Assembly (NCBI GenBank): GCA_964252035.1
Contig: OZ176200.1
Source of the DNA: Podarcis erhardii
Lineage: Eukaryota
Direction: 5' to 3' (one strand)
Length of the DNA stretch: 64,000 bases
Below the pieces are notes generated by a model that saw only the letters and a list, made by a program, of their open reading frames with translations, was not told the DNA's origin and did not search any database. The translations under genes and the position numbers were made by a program. Below, one piece after another: positions 23,414 through 38,276 of this stretch. Every line of letters starts with the position of its first letter. The stretch's first letter is position 1.

Positions 23414-26400
23414 TTATGTTCTATTAACACTGCATCGCTGGGCTATCACTGGCTCAACTTGAGTCATGAAAGACCCAATTGACTGCTGGTTTAACAACCA
23501 GCACAACACTCTTATATGCAAAGTGACAGGAATGTTTCAGGATGACTGATACTGTCAGGAGCTCTGGACTATTTTGCCACCAAAACTAAATTGTGCATTT
23601 TCCACTTGATTACTGGATGGTAGTAGAAAGGCAGTGGAGTGGATAGAGGCTATTTAGATTGGCAGGACCCCTAGAAAATGCTGACAAAGGTGGGCAAATG
23701 GATAGCAGGATTCTTGGGGTTCCCAAGCTATGGAATAGCAGCTGTGGCATAAGCCAGGCCCCCAAATGTGGATTTTATGCAAAATTGCAGTGACATGAGT
23801 AGCACTTGCATACTAATATTTGGTTGGAAAACTGGGATGAGGAGCTGTCCATGCCTCCAACCTCTTTCCAGGCAAATCTACCTGAGCAGTCCTACTTATC
23901 TGCTCCTCCTAAAACCTATCATGCTCTGCTGCCCCTTCACATCAATTCTCACACACCCCAGCTTCCCACTGTTCCCCTGTATGCTCCTGGCATGGTATTC
24001 AATGCTGGTCCTGTGCAGAATAGGCCTAGTGATGTTAAGAGACAAGGATAACATGGGCTTATTGAGTTCAATGGATCTACTTTGAGTAGGGACTTGAATC
24101 CAACCCACACACTCTGCCCACCTTCTTTCACTCTCCTCCAGTTGCTCAGATCCTCACGTGTTATGCTACAGACTGATTTACCAATTTCCCCTCCTCTTCT
24201 GACCTTCTTCACAGTCCTACTGAAAAGTCTTCACAAGCTCTTCCCTTGCCATGAGCCCTCCAGATAATGAACTTCACAACCCTGCTTGGTTGAAGCTCTT
24301 TCCTTTTATGCAGCCATCTTTGTGAACAGCACATTGCCACTGAATACTACTTGAGTCGAATAGGAGGGATCTGTCCACCAGTAGATAGATTGTGAAAGCT
24401 CCTTTCTCCTCCAGAGCTTTGTACTCGCCCAGCCAGCCCATTGTACAGAGGAAAACTCAAATAGGGCATTCAATACCTTCCTTCTGTCCTGGGTCATTAA
24501 TCCTGTGGAGTGTGAGCCAAACTTCCAGCACTTAAAATCAAATAAAATAGGGCATTCAGCTTCTTCCTCCAAGCAGTTAACCAATGGGTCTGTTCTCTCA
24601 GGCTATCCTTGAGCAGGTTGACTGTCATAATATGTATAATAGTTGGGGGGTGGAATTTAAGGGTGTTTTATTTTATTGAGTTAGTCAGTGTGTTACAGTA
24701 TTTTTTTTTCTATATGATGTACAGATGCCTAAATGATATTTCTGGTAGGCACATTTTTATACATGTAACAATACACTGCTGAAAATAAAGGAGGCTTGCA
24801 GGAATAGGAGAAAAACCCCAGTTAGTTGGGGGAAAATCAGGGCTCTTATAGAAAATGAGTTGGGGTTTGGCTTTCTTTCTTCTTCTTTTCCCCTCATGGC
24901 ATTTCTTGGCATCCACTCAGCTGGGCAGGCTTTTTAAAAATCAAAGAGCCCCAAGGAGGTTTTTATATGTTTCTTTATTATCCCATTGTTGAAGAAGAGG
25001 GCAGAAGGAGAGAGAGACAGACATGATTTAGCAATTGACGTTTGTTTAATAGGTAATGTCTTAATGGAGAAATAAAACCAAATTGTATTGAAATGAGAGG
25101 GGCCTGCTTTTTATTTTTGTGCCCCCTCTTGTACAGCTGTCAGCCAATCAGATGCAAAAATAATAATAATAATAATAGTGGTATATCAGAAACAATGGGG
25201 TTTTTAATGCCAAAGCAAACTGGGAAATACATGACATCCTATTTCAGTATTTTATCAGCTCTCTGTTCCAAGACAATGTGAGAACCTTTTTCTCAGCTGC
25301 TTCCTAATAAGTCTGCAGTAAAATAATAGTTAAGTCCATCAAGCTATTTATTAATAATAATGTTTATTATTTATTAATGATTTCTTCTACTGTTAGTGAA
25401 TTGTGCCCAATTTAATTTTGATGCCATCTTTTGTAAAGGTTTTAACAGGCGATCCACAAAAGGGCATCAGTTTCTGTGTTTTGTTATTTAGTGTGAGAAA
25501 AAGGCCATCAAAATCACAAACCATTATTCTCTTTCTTGGATTGAAGCGCTAAAGTGCTTTTATCGGGAACAAAATCCTCCTCTGTCCCAGTCTAAAATTC
25601 ACAAAGCAGTTGGGAGTTGCTGGTGTTTTCATGTACACTTGGCTTGCCCCAAATAGTCACAAATTGCAGGGCTGTATAAATCACAACAAACTGAATTTGG
25701 ATCTTCCACATCACGAGAAGCTCACAAGCGTCATTATCTAGTTTGTCATGACATTACAGATCCTTGGTGACACTACAGATTCTGCACTGTGATTATCACT
25801 GGAAAGTATAAGCAGCAGCGGAAACAGGACACTGACAATTATGGGTGGCAAGTGTTTTATTAATGGGGGAGAGAGTCACACAATGACCATAATAGCAGAT
25901 AAGATGGTTGAATGACTGGCTTTCCAGATCAGCAAAAGCTTACTTGGCATTTTAGGCAGCTGAGTAATCCTGAGAAATTCACTCCTTGTTCTTGAAAAAC
26001 GGGTTGAAAAAAAATTCTGTATTAGATGTGCACAACTTTTAACTTGCCAAGCAGAACACAGCTTAGTAGCCTTGAAGGTGACGTGTCAGATAACCCACTG
26101 ACCAACTCTTGACTTTGCTTTTATAGTCCCAAGCAGCCAGGAGATGTATGGCGCATCTGGTGTGGCATCCATTGCTGGTATTTGGCCTGCTGGATCTCAG
26201 GCAGCGCAGGCCTGATATAAGCAGTGACGGATCTGAAAGGACATATATAATAGTTCCCCATTTTGATGCAAGAGTCCAGTTTTCTAGTAACACTGGCTTC
26301 TCCCAAATTGTCATTATGCCTATCACGCAGAAACCAAATAATTTTATACTGGGAGAAGCTTCCCACCCACCTACTCTACAAGCCAGATTTTATATTGGCT

Positions 26401-27559
26401 TTGATTGTACTACTTTGGTGGCGCTGACTGATGCTTTTACTTCCATAAACTCCTATGATGCTTTTTATGATTAGCAGACTAGAATTATTTTGAAAAGAGA
26501 TTTTAGCCTTGTACTGAGCACCTGTGCCAATATCCTGTTTTCGCCTCTGCCCCCAGCCTAACATTGAAGTTTACAGTGAAATTATATTCCCTCCTATCCA
26601 AACACAAGCCAGAATGGGAAAGCCACGGAGCCACCAGATACCCTTCTAGTTTTACCTCATGCTTGCAAGGTAAACACCAGGAAGTTACCAGAACTCCACA
26701 AGCTTATTAACTTTCATATCCAAAACAAGAGACAATAAAGCTGGCATCGCAGGGTCCTTTCTTACTATTGTTCTTGTTTTGTTTGTTAATGATCATGAGG
26801 TGAGGTGAGCTTCTTGGATTAAAGAGCAAGAGTGACCTTTGAAGTCTGGCACCTGTTCATTTCTACCACATCAGCCTCAAAGTAGAACAAAAACCTACAT
26901 GCACCTACATCCCCAGTAGCATTCCGTATCATGTACTTACTCTGTGTTAGGATGTCATTGTGTGCATTTCACTAAACCTTCACATCATTGGTGGGTGGAA
27001 AGCAGAGAAAAACCAGGAACATTGTGGCATCTCATCAGCAAATGGAGAGGGTCCTTTTTTTGTCTACATACCTGCATTCCATGAATTGTGCAGCTTCACT
27101 TTCAAGGTTCATGTGGATCTGGCGGGAATGAATGGCTGCAATGGTGTCAGAGTTACTTCTTGCTCTTCAATTCTGCCCTCAGTAGATAGCCGATGAGACT
27201 TTAGGCTGTATGTAAACTGATGATAGGTGCACGTTTTATGCAAAAGAGCTCGCCAGTGAAGGAAGTCATCTCAAGTGCCGGACAATCTTGTCAAATCCAA
27301 TCAATCACCATAAAACATTCTTAGCTTCACTTTTTTAAAAAACAGACAAGTTCAAGATTGATAAACCTGGTAGCACACGACAGGAAACAGAAGTAACCTC
27401 GTTTCACATTGCTGGCCGACAGCAATGGTGGCACTGATTGGCTGACAACCGGGGCGGTTTGGTGAGTGGCTTGGTAGAGAACTGGAGCCATACAAAGCAA
27501 TGTGTGTTTGTGTGTAGAGATACAGATAAATACACAAAGCACCAGGATGGTTGGATTCT

Positions 27560-27730
27560 CTTTCTATCTCTGTCATGGAGCAACTTTCTGGGTTAGTACG
27601 CAAACTTCTCATGGCCTCAGTTTGCCCACCTACTGTACAATGGTGATAATAATGCTTCCCTACCTCACAAGGGGATGGTGTGAGGCTTTCAAAATCAGGG
27701 CCTTGAACGTGTTAAATAAAGCGGCATTGC
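27560..27730 (+). mobile_element. Old MIR/CORE-SINE fragment
   Basis: cttctcatggcctcagtttgcccacctactgtacaatggtgataataatgcttccctacctcacaagggg resembles the CORE domain. Boundaries approximate. Confidence 0.55.
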
Positions 27731-29120
27731 ACAAGATGTCTCCGTTGATGTCACGGGCAGAAAGTTCATCAGTCTGTGTAAACGTAGTTCAGACTGATCC
27801 CCTAATGCTAGGATAGCCTTTGATTAGAGGTGCTACTACTGACACGCAAAGTATTATTACCACCATTGGCAAACTGAGCCACTGCTCCAGCCAGCCTCCC
27901 TGTGAAGTATTTCTTGCCCCCTCGCCTACCACCACTCCCCCAAACCAGAAGCGGTTTCTTTTGTACAATTGGAATTTGGAGAGTTGTGTATTCATTTTTA
28001 ATTCTAGAGCTCTTAGCTGTATCTTGTTCAGGTATCTCTTCTTCATGTGATGATAACCATCTAACATAGTGTGTGCAAACAGAAAAAAGGTGAAAAAAAA
28101 ATATATGACTACACTGTAGACAACTTCTTTCCTAGCAGTGAAGGTGGCAGTCCAGCTAGACTCAGCTGCCACCTCCTTCCTATTGTGTTTGGAGATGTTT
28201 AAAACTCATGGAGCAGACATATTTTATAATAAAACCTGATAAAACACACCAAAAAAGGATGGGAAAAATATTACTACTACTGCTACTACTATTACTACTA
28301 AGCCAGTGTGATTTCATCATCACTGATGTCTACGAGGTAGGAACGTTTTCTTTGCAGAACCATATTTTTGGAGAACCAGGCCCCTTGTTTTGTAGAGGAG
28401 GCCTCCTGGTCTAAATAATAAAGGATAGTAAAATAAGACAACACTTGGCTTTCTCTTTCTGTCATTAAAAAGGGAGTGGGGGAGAAGAATACCATCCTTA
28501 TGGTTTCCAAAAGGTTAGGTGGGCAACACACTCATTGCTATTGCGGTTGCTAGGTAGTTCCACATGTGTCATACACCTCTACTGGATATTCCCAAAGAAG
28601 GCACAATTCTAACAGCTTGCACACCCAAGACCATTGTGAACATCCAATAAAATAAATATAAAAACATTTGTGGCTGGGTGTTCCCTTGACCTGACCCCCA
28701 ACCCTCCTGCCAGCACTGGAACACTCATCCAGAATATCTTGCTTAAGAGCAACAAGCCCTTGCAGAAAGTCTGCAGCTGTAGAGGCTGAAACAAGCTTCT
28801 TGGTATACATAGAGAAACTCGCTCTCCCTCTTAAAGTGGGGAAAAAATGTATTTGTCCTTTCACAATGATGACCTGTAATTCAGAGGTTTGTCTGTTTTG
28901 AGTACCTGTCACTTTCATTCATAAATCTAGTCAATCCCATTTCTGCATTAACCTATAGGTGGGTGGTTTTTTGTTTTTAATCACATTTTAAATACTTTCA
29001 GATGTATTTTCTCACATTCTCTAAACAGATATACCTTAAAATTCATATTTCTAAACATATTTAAGGCAGAAATGTGGTCCTTGGGAGGATCTCAGGGGCA
29101 ATACAGTGGGGTGGGGATAT

Positions 29121-29612
29121 TATAATTATTATTACAGTATTATTTATACCCCGCCCATCTGGCTGGGTTTCCCCAGCCACTCTGGGCAGCTCTCAACAGA
29201 ATATTAAAAACACAATAGAACATCAAACATTAAAAACTTCCCTAAACAGGGCTGGCTTCAGATTTTTTCTAAAAGTCAGATTTCCTTGACATCTGATGGG
29301 AGGGCGTTCCACAGGGAGGGCGCCACTATCAAGAAGGTCCTCTGCGTGGTTCCCTGTAGCTTCACTTCTCGCAGTGAGGGAACCGCCAGAAGACCCTCGG
29401 AGCTGGACCTCAGTGTCCGGGCTGAATGATGGAGGTGGAGATGCTCCTTCAGGTATACTGGGCCGAGGCCGTTTAGGGCTTTAAAGGTCAGCACCAACAC
29501 TTTGAATTGTGCTCAGAAATGTACTGGGAGCCAATGTAAGTCTTTCAGGACCGGTGTTATATGGTCTCGGCGGCCACTCCCAGTCACCAGTCTAGCTGCC
29601 ACAATCTGGATT
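29121..29612 (-). mobile_element. Young 5'-truncated L2-clade LINE 3' end
   Basis: AARLVTGSGRRDHITPVLKDLHWLPV...VLTFKALNGLGPVYLKEHL...RTLRSSSEGLLAVPS; (ATT)n tail; terminus nearly identical to the copy at 61935-62082. Confidence 0.92.
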
Positions 29613-30184
29613 ATCTCCCTCTTAAGTGAACAAATACAGAAATCCATCCCTGGAGAGGGAGATCCAACCTCATAAACTGCCTCAGATCTGTGATCTATGG
29701 CTGGGTCTACAACTTTTGGGGGCACCAACATCAGAGCGGGGGAAAGGAGGTGTTTCAGTCACAGCAGATAGAATAAGCCAGCCCTGGAACTGGCAATGGT
29801 TTAGTTTATTATTCTCTCATTTGAATCCATGCTGTGAAACTTAAAAATAACTTCCAAAATCCATACAAAAAAGGAGGGAAGAATGCCCTATCACTACTGT
29901 CCACTTTTCCAGTAGGAGCCCAGCACAACCCAAGAAAAAGTGGATTCTCTGTCTTCTGTTCTCCCTTCCCTACCCTCTGCTTTGCCCATGCATTAAATGT
30001 ATTCTTAATATATGAAACGTATTTTTAAATAATTTTGCTGAGGATTCCATCACAAAATTTGCTGAAGTGCACAATTCCAAAGAGGCTCTACAGTCCAATC
30101 TGCAGATTAGTCTAGGAGGCGTGGCTCAAGTCAGTTCATATCAAATTTCAGAAATAATTCATTTCTCAAGCATCCATAGACAGA

Positions 30185-30465
30185 ACTAGGGATGGGGGAG
30201 AAATTTGTTTGCATTTTAATGATAACCTAATTCACCCTTCTTAAGTTAATACTTGAATCTCCTAATTTTGCACTGCAGTTTCCCAACCAATGGGTACAAA
30301 AACATATATATTAGGAGAAATTCACATTACAATGCTGATAGATTTTCTTGCTTGCTTTAAAAAAAAAAAATCACAAATTGCTGCAGAAATAGGAAGAACA
30401 CAATTTAAGATCGGGAAAATGAGAAACTGAGAGAAACCAACGTTAACAGATTTGTGCATCTCCAG
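30185..30465. repeat. Unclassified squamate interspersed repeat
   Basis: tagggatgggggagaaattt...aatgagaaactgagagaaacc...gtgcatctc resembles a recurrent lizard repeat recalled from memory; class not determined. Confidence 0.4.
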
Positions 30466-32584
30466 CCGCAACTGACCTGTTGGTTAAAAATTAAGGGTGG
30501 ATTAGAAGGCAATTCCTGGGTAAAACTGGGGCTTTTCCACATTCAGTCTCATACTCATACAATTTCCATAGCCATCTTAGTCAAGTGGTAGTTAGCAGCT
30601 GTGGACTTTGCAATTTCTGCAGAACAGATCTACTCTAGGGGCTGGTTATTTGATGATCACAGCCCAGCCAGAGGTGGTTGGGTGACCAGATCCTTCAGAA
30701 CACAAAAGGAATGTTGCCACAGGAGCAAAACAGTTCTGCTTCTGGGCATGCATGTTAGGGGAAATGGGATGACTGATTCAAGCTCAAACTGCACAGTCTC
30801 TCCTTACTTGAGAGAACTATTCCTTTCCCCTTCCTGTCACTCACCTGCATTGCAAACCCCACTCGCACTTCACACAAACATACACATACTAAATATTTGC
30901 AAAGTAAACTTCGCTCTCAAACATGTAACTGAACTGAACTTTACTCATGAAAGCTTCTCAAGCTTTTGGCTGATGATGGGGCCTTCTCTGATTTAAGCTC
31001 TTGCTGCAGTGATCCTTCAGTTGCGGAAAAGAGGAGCAGATTGAAATGACAGGATCTTCCAAGAAAAATGCCCTCCCCCTTTAGCGTCATTAGCACAAGA
31101 CACAAGAATGTGTTGTGGTGTCAAGAACAGACGAGCATTTCCTAAGGGGTGGTCTTTAAAACAATGCAGTTGTTTTAAGCAGACTCAACATGTGGTTAAT
31201 CACCCAGAAATGTGACCCAAAGCCATGTGTTTTATGGAGCACAGGTGGAATATATAGAACAATGTGTTAGGAAGAAGAGAAGTACAGCTATTGTTGATAG
31301 ATGAAAAGCCAGTGAAGAGGATGACAAGGTAATTATGCTTTATTATGACATCTGTGCAGCACATGTTAAGCCAAAATTAATCTGCTCCGACAGCTTCTAT
31401 GAGAAAGGTAAAATATCAGGAGAGTCTTCTAACAAAGCACAGGTGAATGAAAACTTACTGTGCCTCCATGAGCAATGGAAAGAGCCCTAGAGAGAAAGGG
31501 GCACAGGGGCTTCCATTGGGTGGATAGGTGCCATTTATTTAGAGAACTTCCTTTCCTTTCCTATGCCTCCCTCAGTATCTCTAACCCCATATGCCTGCTG
31601 CAACCAGCTTGCATTTACCTTGCCTATTCTCCTTTAGCAGAAGCTGACAATAGAAGACGGGGTGGTGTCCCCAAAAGAAAAGCATTCAGAGTAGGTAGGT
31701 AAGGCTGCAATACTATGCTCCCTTATCTGGGAGTGAGCCTTAATGCACTCAGTAGGCTTTGCTTCTGGGGAAATGTGTAGGATTGTGCTGCAGGAAACTT
31801 TATGTAAATATGGATTCAGGTGCCGAATTTGGAGGTGCTGACTGCAGGGTCGGAAAGTATTTCTCAGCAGAATTGCAGGCCAGATCCAGGAGAGTGGGCA
31901 AGGGGGGAAAGAGGCAACAAAAGGAGTTGGTGCCAGCAAGTTTGCCGGCTGACCACATGCTTCAGAGCAGAAAGGACCAGGGAGGAAAAGAATAGTCTAA
32001 AATATTTCTCTCTTAACCCAGCCAGAGTTGGGCAGACTGGTTACTTAATCACAGGTGAAGTGAAACAGCATCCTGATGGCAACAAGATTTGACTTATAGC
32101 TTGCATTAAGAATGCTTGAGAATATGAAACCAATAGTTCATATTCCAGCTGAATATCTCCAGGGGTCTCATTATGTTCATATAGATAGATTCCCCCCCCC
32201 CCCGTGCTTATTTTAAAACCTGATTTCCTGAAACTCTGCAGATATGAACTGAAAATATCAGCGTGTACCTGCCAATAACAGAAGATATCTGTTTATTTTT
32301 ATTGTACAGCAGTTTCCTTGCAATCTTACTTTTTTATTTTAAAGGGAATCATTAAGGTTGGGGAAAATTAACCCTATTATAGCACCATAGGTCTAAAAGC
32401 CAATGTCATGTTTTTTTTTTCTTGTATGAAAGAATAAATGTGTAGAGAAAACCATGAAAATGTTACAATGGATGGCGGGAAATGTCCTCCTTTTCCATCT
32501 AGCCTATCACATTTACGTTCACTAACAGCTTATTACCTCTGCACATTGATCATAAGAGCAGAATACGGCTGGTATAATCCTCAA

Positions 32585-32785
32585 AAGCATAGCTAAGTAA
32601 TAATGCTCACATTTCGGTGACAGCATGTCACAGATTCAATCCTTGGCATTGCCAGTTAAAAGGATTTAAGGTAGTGGGGCTGAGAAAGACAACTGCTTGA
32701 GATCTGGAAAAGCCAAAACCACTTCGAGTAAGACACTGCTGGATGAAGCAGTGACCCAACTCAGAAGAAGACTGCTTTACATGGG
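32585..32785 (+). mobile_element. Degraded tRNA-derived SINE (Squam3-like)
   Basis: B-box-like gattcaatccttggcat and body similar to the copy at 45800-45980. Confidence 0.5.
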
Positions 32786-34631
32786 CTTTAAAGAAGTCCT
32801 ATGGCACCGGCTAGAATGGTGAATCTGAAATAACAGTCTTGCCACTGGAGGAGTCAATATGATGACTGACCCTTCTCAACTGCAGTCTATGGAACAGACT
32901 CCTTTGCTCACCATTTGGCATCAATGAAGTGGACGATTAGCTGGAATAAGACTGAGAAATATGAAAGACTTAGCAGTCACAGATGTGTTAATGTAACTGT
33001 GGTGAACCTATGACTGTATACTTTGACAAAAAGTTCCTTAAGGCTCTCCTTTTCGAATGTAAGTCTCGGGGCATTGGAATGTAAGTCTTTGAAAGATATC
33101 TTCTTTTTGCTTGTAAAATCTCTCTTGAAGTCTCCAGGTTGTAACTACTGATACACCTGATATGAAAATTCTAAACTGTAAGACTGTGTGCACACACCAT
33201 GTTCATGCTGCCCACACAATATTGTACTCATCCAACTAACAGCCTGCACTTTGACCTGCTTGATTCAGATTTTCCTGAAAGAGCTGGGGAAAAGATCAAA
33301 GGAAAAGAAAGATCCAACATAAAATCGAATCACTCAAATGTGGATGAACTGAACTGTGTGGAGGGAGAGGGAGAGAGCGCGAGCGTGGTGATGTTTTCCT
33401 GGGTGCCATCTATTATTTCCACTGGTGAGATGCTCCTCAGTGGGTTGCTGGTAGGGCCAGCCACAATACACCTACATTTTTTAAAAAAGTGTTAACCCAT
33501 TGTTTTGTGCAAGTCTGATTTATTGAAAACTTGTATTCCGCCCCCTGCAAAAAATGGCCATGTGCATAGGCAAACAAACACCACAATGGACCTCAGGTCT
33601 CTGAAACTCAGGGAGAGGAAAGGGGACAAAAACACAATGTGAAAGCATGCCATCAAGCACCTTGCAGCAGTATGGATGGGAAAACATTGAGGTACAACTT
33701 CAAATGAAAGCACCCTTGTGTGGGCAAATGTGTAAAAAAAAGTCCACATGGAAAAATAAGATCCATGTTGACTATGAGCTAGAGCATCTGCATACCTTCC
33801 CTGAAGAAGCAAGAGTATTTTTCTACAGGGAAACCTGACTTTTTGAATGTGTTTGACCAGTGATTACAGTAGGAAAATTGGGTGCAGGAGGGGTGATGCA
33901 AACTATCACACCACAACATGTAACAATGCTCAATTGCTCATCTCCATTTTGCCCAACTCCAGCTTGGCTGGGAAAGTCTGCTTGAGAAACAGGAGAGCAA
34001 AAATTGTCAAGAACAGACAATTCTGGCTAAATGAGACAGTGAATCAATTTAGGATATTGCCGAAATCTTATGAAGCTTAATGTAGACATTTGTGGATCAC
34101 TATGGCAATACATCCTAAACCAACTACCCAATGTCACCTCCAGATAAAAGATAGGATGCCTCTACTTTGAACCTCCAAGTTAGATGAGCCTTTGAAACAG
34201 AACTGCAAGAGGCTTACGCGCCTTTCTCTGATAGCTGGGCACAGATGGTCCACTGACTTCAACAGAGCTGTGGCATCTGAAAGATGTTCCTGTTTATACT
34301 CCTTCCTTGCAAAGAGCCATCATGGTCATTTTGTATCATTATATTACATTTAGCATAGCTTAAAATACTCAATTCACTTTACATTGCCAACTTCCCCCTC
34401 CTAAAAAAAGGGTTTTCTTGAAAGGAGGAGTATACCTTCCTCTCTTTCCATCATCTTGGTAGTCTTGTTTACCCAGAGCCCTTCCAAACCATGCTTTTTC
34501 TCAAAGACTTCCTTTCCACTTGGTAGCCTTGGGAGCGCAGTCAGAAAGCACAGATGGAAACAGATGCATTGATACTAAAACAAGATACAAAGCATATCAT
34601 GCCAGTGATCAAAGAACATTTCCCTGTTTCA

Positions 34632-34660
34632 TCATTATTATTATTATTATTATTATTATT
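34632..34660. repeat. (ATT)n microsatellite
   Basis: Direct reading. Confidence 0.9.
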
Positions 34661-35316
34661 AACAATAAAGCCAGTGCTGATGGTTCAAGATGTTCAGATA
34701 CACAACCAGTTTAAGATTGGTAAGATCTGAATCCCACAATCTGACAGTAGCAAAGCTATCTATGATCTAACTAATTAGAGTTCCTTTTGGGCTTGGGTAC
34801 ATAATCAGTTATCCTGGAACAAAGCCTGCTGAAGTCTATCTAGACTTCAGTCTTCTGCTGCATGTGTTTTTAAAAAACAAGTTCATGAGGTAAAATGCAT
34901 ATCCTTTACGTTCATCTCAGAATTAGGATCATAAGTACAAAGGATGATCACGTGGTAGAAGAGAGGCCAGATCTAGCCACCAAAGCAATTCTATGGGACC
35001 CATGGCAGCCCTATCCATTTTTGAACAAGGAGTGGGGAAAATGGCCCCCAGTTTCACTCAGAAAGAAAACAACATAGCTCTCAAAAGTTGCAAGAGACAA
35101 GTTATGCCCCACACTTTAACACATACTCTATCTCTTTGGGTTTTGTATGCAGCACACTCTCAACTATACCTAAGCACACATACCTTGTCATTGTAAGAGT
35201 CTTAAACATAATTATAAAGCCTGACCTTTAGTGAGCATGCATAGCTGAGGTGTCATATCTTCATGGCTCCCCCTGAGGTATTTCTACACTAAACAGAATG
35301 GGAAGAGGGGTACACC

Positions 35317-35452
35317 CAGTACTATTTTTCTAGAAAAAGAAGTGCTGGAGCTCACCATGAACGCCTCCCTTGTTCTATTAGAATGGCAATGGCGCCAACC
35401 TGAGAGGTGCCGGAACTAAGTTCTGGCGAGTTCTAGCTGGAAAAAAGTCATG
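35317..35452. mobile_element. hAT-type MITE
   Basis: Perfect 8-bp TSD ggtacacc (35309-16, 35453-60); same family in reverse at 54650-54762. Confidence 0.85.
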
Positions 35453-38276
35453 GGTACACCCTGTAGGGACAGCGGAAACATGGCTCAGTCAAACACAGTA
35501 CAGAGAAGGGGTACAAGAGCACAAAGGAAAGGCAGGGGGAAAATAGCAATACTTTTAACAGTGGCTGGATGGCCCAGCTCTGAGACAAAGAATATACTGA
35601 GGAGGCCACTCTGTGCAGTACAACACCTAGTCATGCATGATCATGAAGGTGTAACAATCTTTGACAGAATTTAGTAGAAGGAGGGACAAGATAGGGGATT
35701 GAAAAAGAAAAGAGATAATATTGCTGAAAGAGAGAGAAAAGAGGGTGGGCATAATGACAGCAAAAGTGAGTCATCCTGGAATGAGATGCGGAGACTCCAA
35801 CATGGATTCCTACAGACTTCTACATGAGCTACTTAGTCACGTTAACATCCAGTACAGTGCATTCCAAAGGTTCACACAAGCTAGAGGAAAAGATCTGTGC
35901 TGCCAAAACAATGCCGTGTCAAGACAACAAAGATCAAAACCCAGGACTCTCAAAGAGCCACGACTAAGTGCGAATTCTACTGAATAAACACAGCAGAAGT
36001 GCTGCCAACTTCAGAATTTATAATAAGCTTCCCAATATGTGCTTTTCATTCCAATGCCTCACCAGCTGGAATGTGCATGATTCTGAAAGGTTCTTTAAGC
36101 TTGGGGGTGGAGGAAAAAAGCACCCCAAAACTATGAAAAATACTGGGGAGAGGAAGAAGAGAAGGAAGAGGAAGGGCGAGAGCGGGAGATCTAAAAATAA
36201 AGTGAACCTAGGGATGCAAAAGCCAGGAAGTGTTATTTTAGCATTCTCCCACTGATTTTAAAAAAATAAAATTACACAAACTTCTAACAGAGTCGGGGGA
36301 GGGCTTGACTGCCTCATTTCTGGCTTAATAACTCTTGAATGCTAGGCACAGATAACATGAACTTGAGAGTTCAAGGCCCTGTGAATTCTGCAATTCCCAG
36401 TATTCCCACAGAATAAAAAGCACTTCAGTACCTGCAAGGCATCAAGCAATGGGAACCAGTATTTTGCAGTTAGGAGGGATTGAGTAATCTCTAGCAGCTG
36501 CATCAATATTTCTGGATACAAAGAAAATGCCTCTGTGAAAGAATGAGCCTGGAAAAACAGTTCAGGAATAAATCTTCCCTAAAATGCCCAAACCAACTAA
36601 TTTAAAATGAAAACATTTCTCTGGCCGCTCACAACATTGTTTGGCCACAGCTTCTCACAAGGACTCAGTGGTACCTCCATCCCAAACAAAGAACTCCAGA
36701 TCTCAAGGCAATATAAAACAATAGCTTTGTTTGTAACCAAAGCAATGTTATTCCACAACATGAAATGCAAGTCCGCGCTGGAGCACTTTTGGGGAGCCTT
36801 TGAAATTGCCTCTACTTGCTGCTGCACAGCAAGGCTGAAGAGGGTCTCAAGGTCATTAAAGGAATAGTAACTGCATCAATTAAAATGGATATAGCACTGT
36901 CAAAATGTTAAAAGCACTTGTCATGCATTATTTTTATTTACATGTGCTTTATTATTCTTTATCACTATTGTAAGCACTTTGTGCATTGGGGGAATAAACA
37001 ATAAACAATAAATATATTCATTATTATATTATTATCATCATGATATAATTTTTATTATGGTCTTGAAAAATAGAGGTAGTGCTATTTTTCCCCCTGTTAT
37101 TAAGCTGAGAGAACGTAGCTTGCCTGCCTCTGGCCACCTAGTGATTTCACCCAATTCCTAGCTCTCTGGCTACCATGTCACCCCAACTCTCAATCCAGCT
37201 CTCTGAATAATCCAGCTCTGACATTCACCCTGCCAAGAATACATGCTGCCAGGGCTGAACAGTTTTTGCCTTATGAGCAAAGTTGCGTGTAGTTCAAAGT
37301 TGCGTGTAGTTACCCTGGGCATTTCTTGGAAAGATGGCATACAAGTTCTATCTTTTTAATTTCTTCAATTTAGGGAGCTGAGTGAGAGGTGAAATGATGG
37401 TAATTATGTCCAGCATGATTGACGTAATAAAGGCTGGAGGATCATGTGACTTGGACAGAATTTGACACTCTGAGCACACTCCGTACTATCAGGCTCACTG
37501 TCTTCAGGTGCTCCTGGATTTATTTATCCAAATGTAGACACTCAAGTGAATCCTTGCCTTAAACTTTATTGCAGACTTTTCTTTTAAGATCAGCTCAGAA
37601 TTAATACTTACGGTAACAATTTCTACGTTAGGTGGCTATGTTTTCTGTGGGTAAGCCCCTCAAAAGTAGCACAGATATGTCAACTGGTACAAAACATCAC
37701 TTCTCACTTTCTGAAGGTCACAAGAAGAATATGACACCCATGATAGACCATCAGCACTGGCTCTTTACTGCCTTACTGGCTAAATTTAGGCTGCAGTCCT
37801 ATATACACTTTCCAGGGAGTAAGTTCCACTGAATTCAAGTGGGGTTTATTTCCAGGTAGGCATGTGCAGGATCACACTGTTAATGTGTTGGGACTTATGA
37901 AGCCCTAAACAAACTGGGCCAAACATACCTGACCAACGGCCTCCGTCCCTCTGCTTCATTGTAAGCTCCAATAATATTTGGAAGCACCCTCTCAAGTTTA
38001 ACATTCACAGCACTCACAGAGAGGTGTTCTTAGTGGTTGCCCTTTGTCTGTGGAACACCCCTGAAAACTTAAGGGAGTCTGAGCAAGCATCCTCTCAAAG
38101 CAGTGTAAAACATTTTGATTTCACTTGGCTTTGAGTGGCCAGGGACAGTAAGCAACAATAGTTTCAAAAACTGTACTTGGGTTAAAGGGTTTAATATTTT
38201 TAAGTGCCTCAAGTGCACACTAGCCATTAAGTCTGGAACTGCCATCATTCATTCACTTTTTACCAATGATCCAGAT

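Noticed and set aside
26063-26474. Overlapping 80-108 aa ORFs
   Set aside because: No recognisable family, splice structure or codon bias.
36940-37060. AATAAA cluster and a GCACTTT miR-17-type seed match
   Set aside because: The context resembles an old MIR/L2 tail with an (ATT)-rich end, and no exon could be linked to it.
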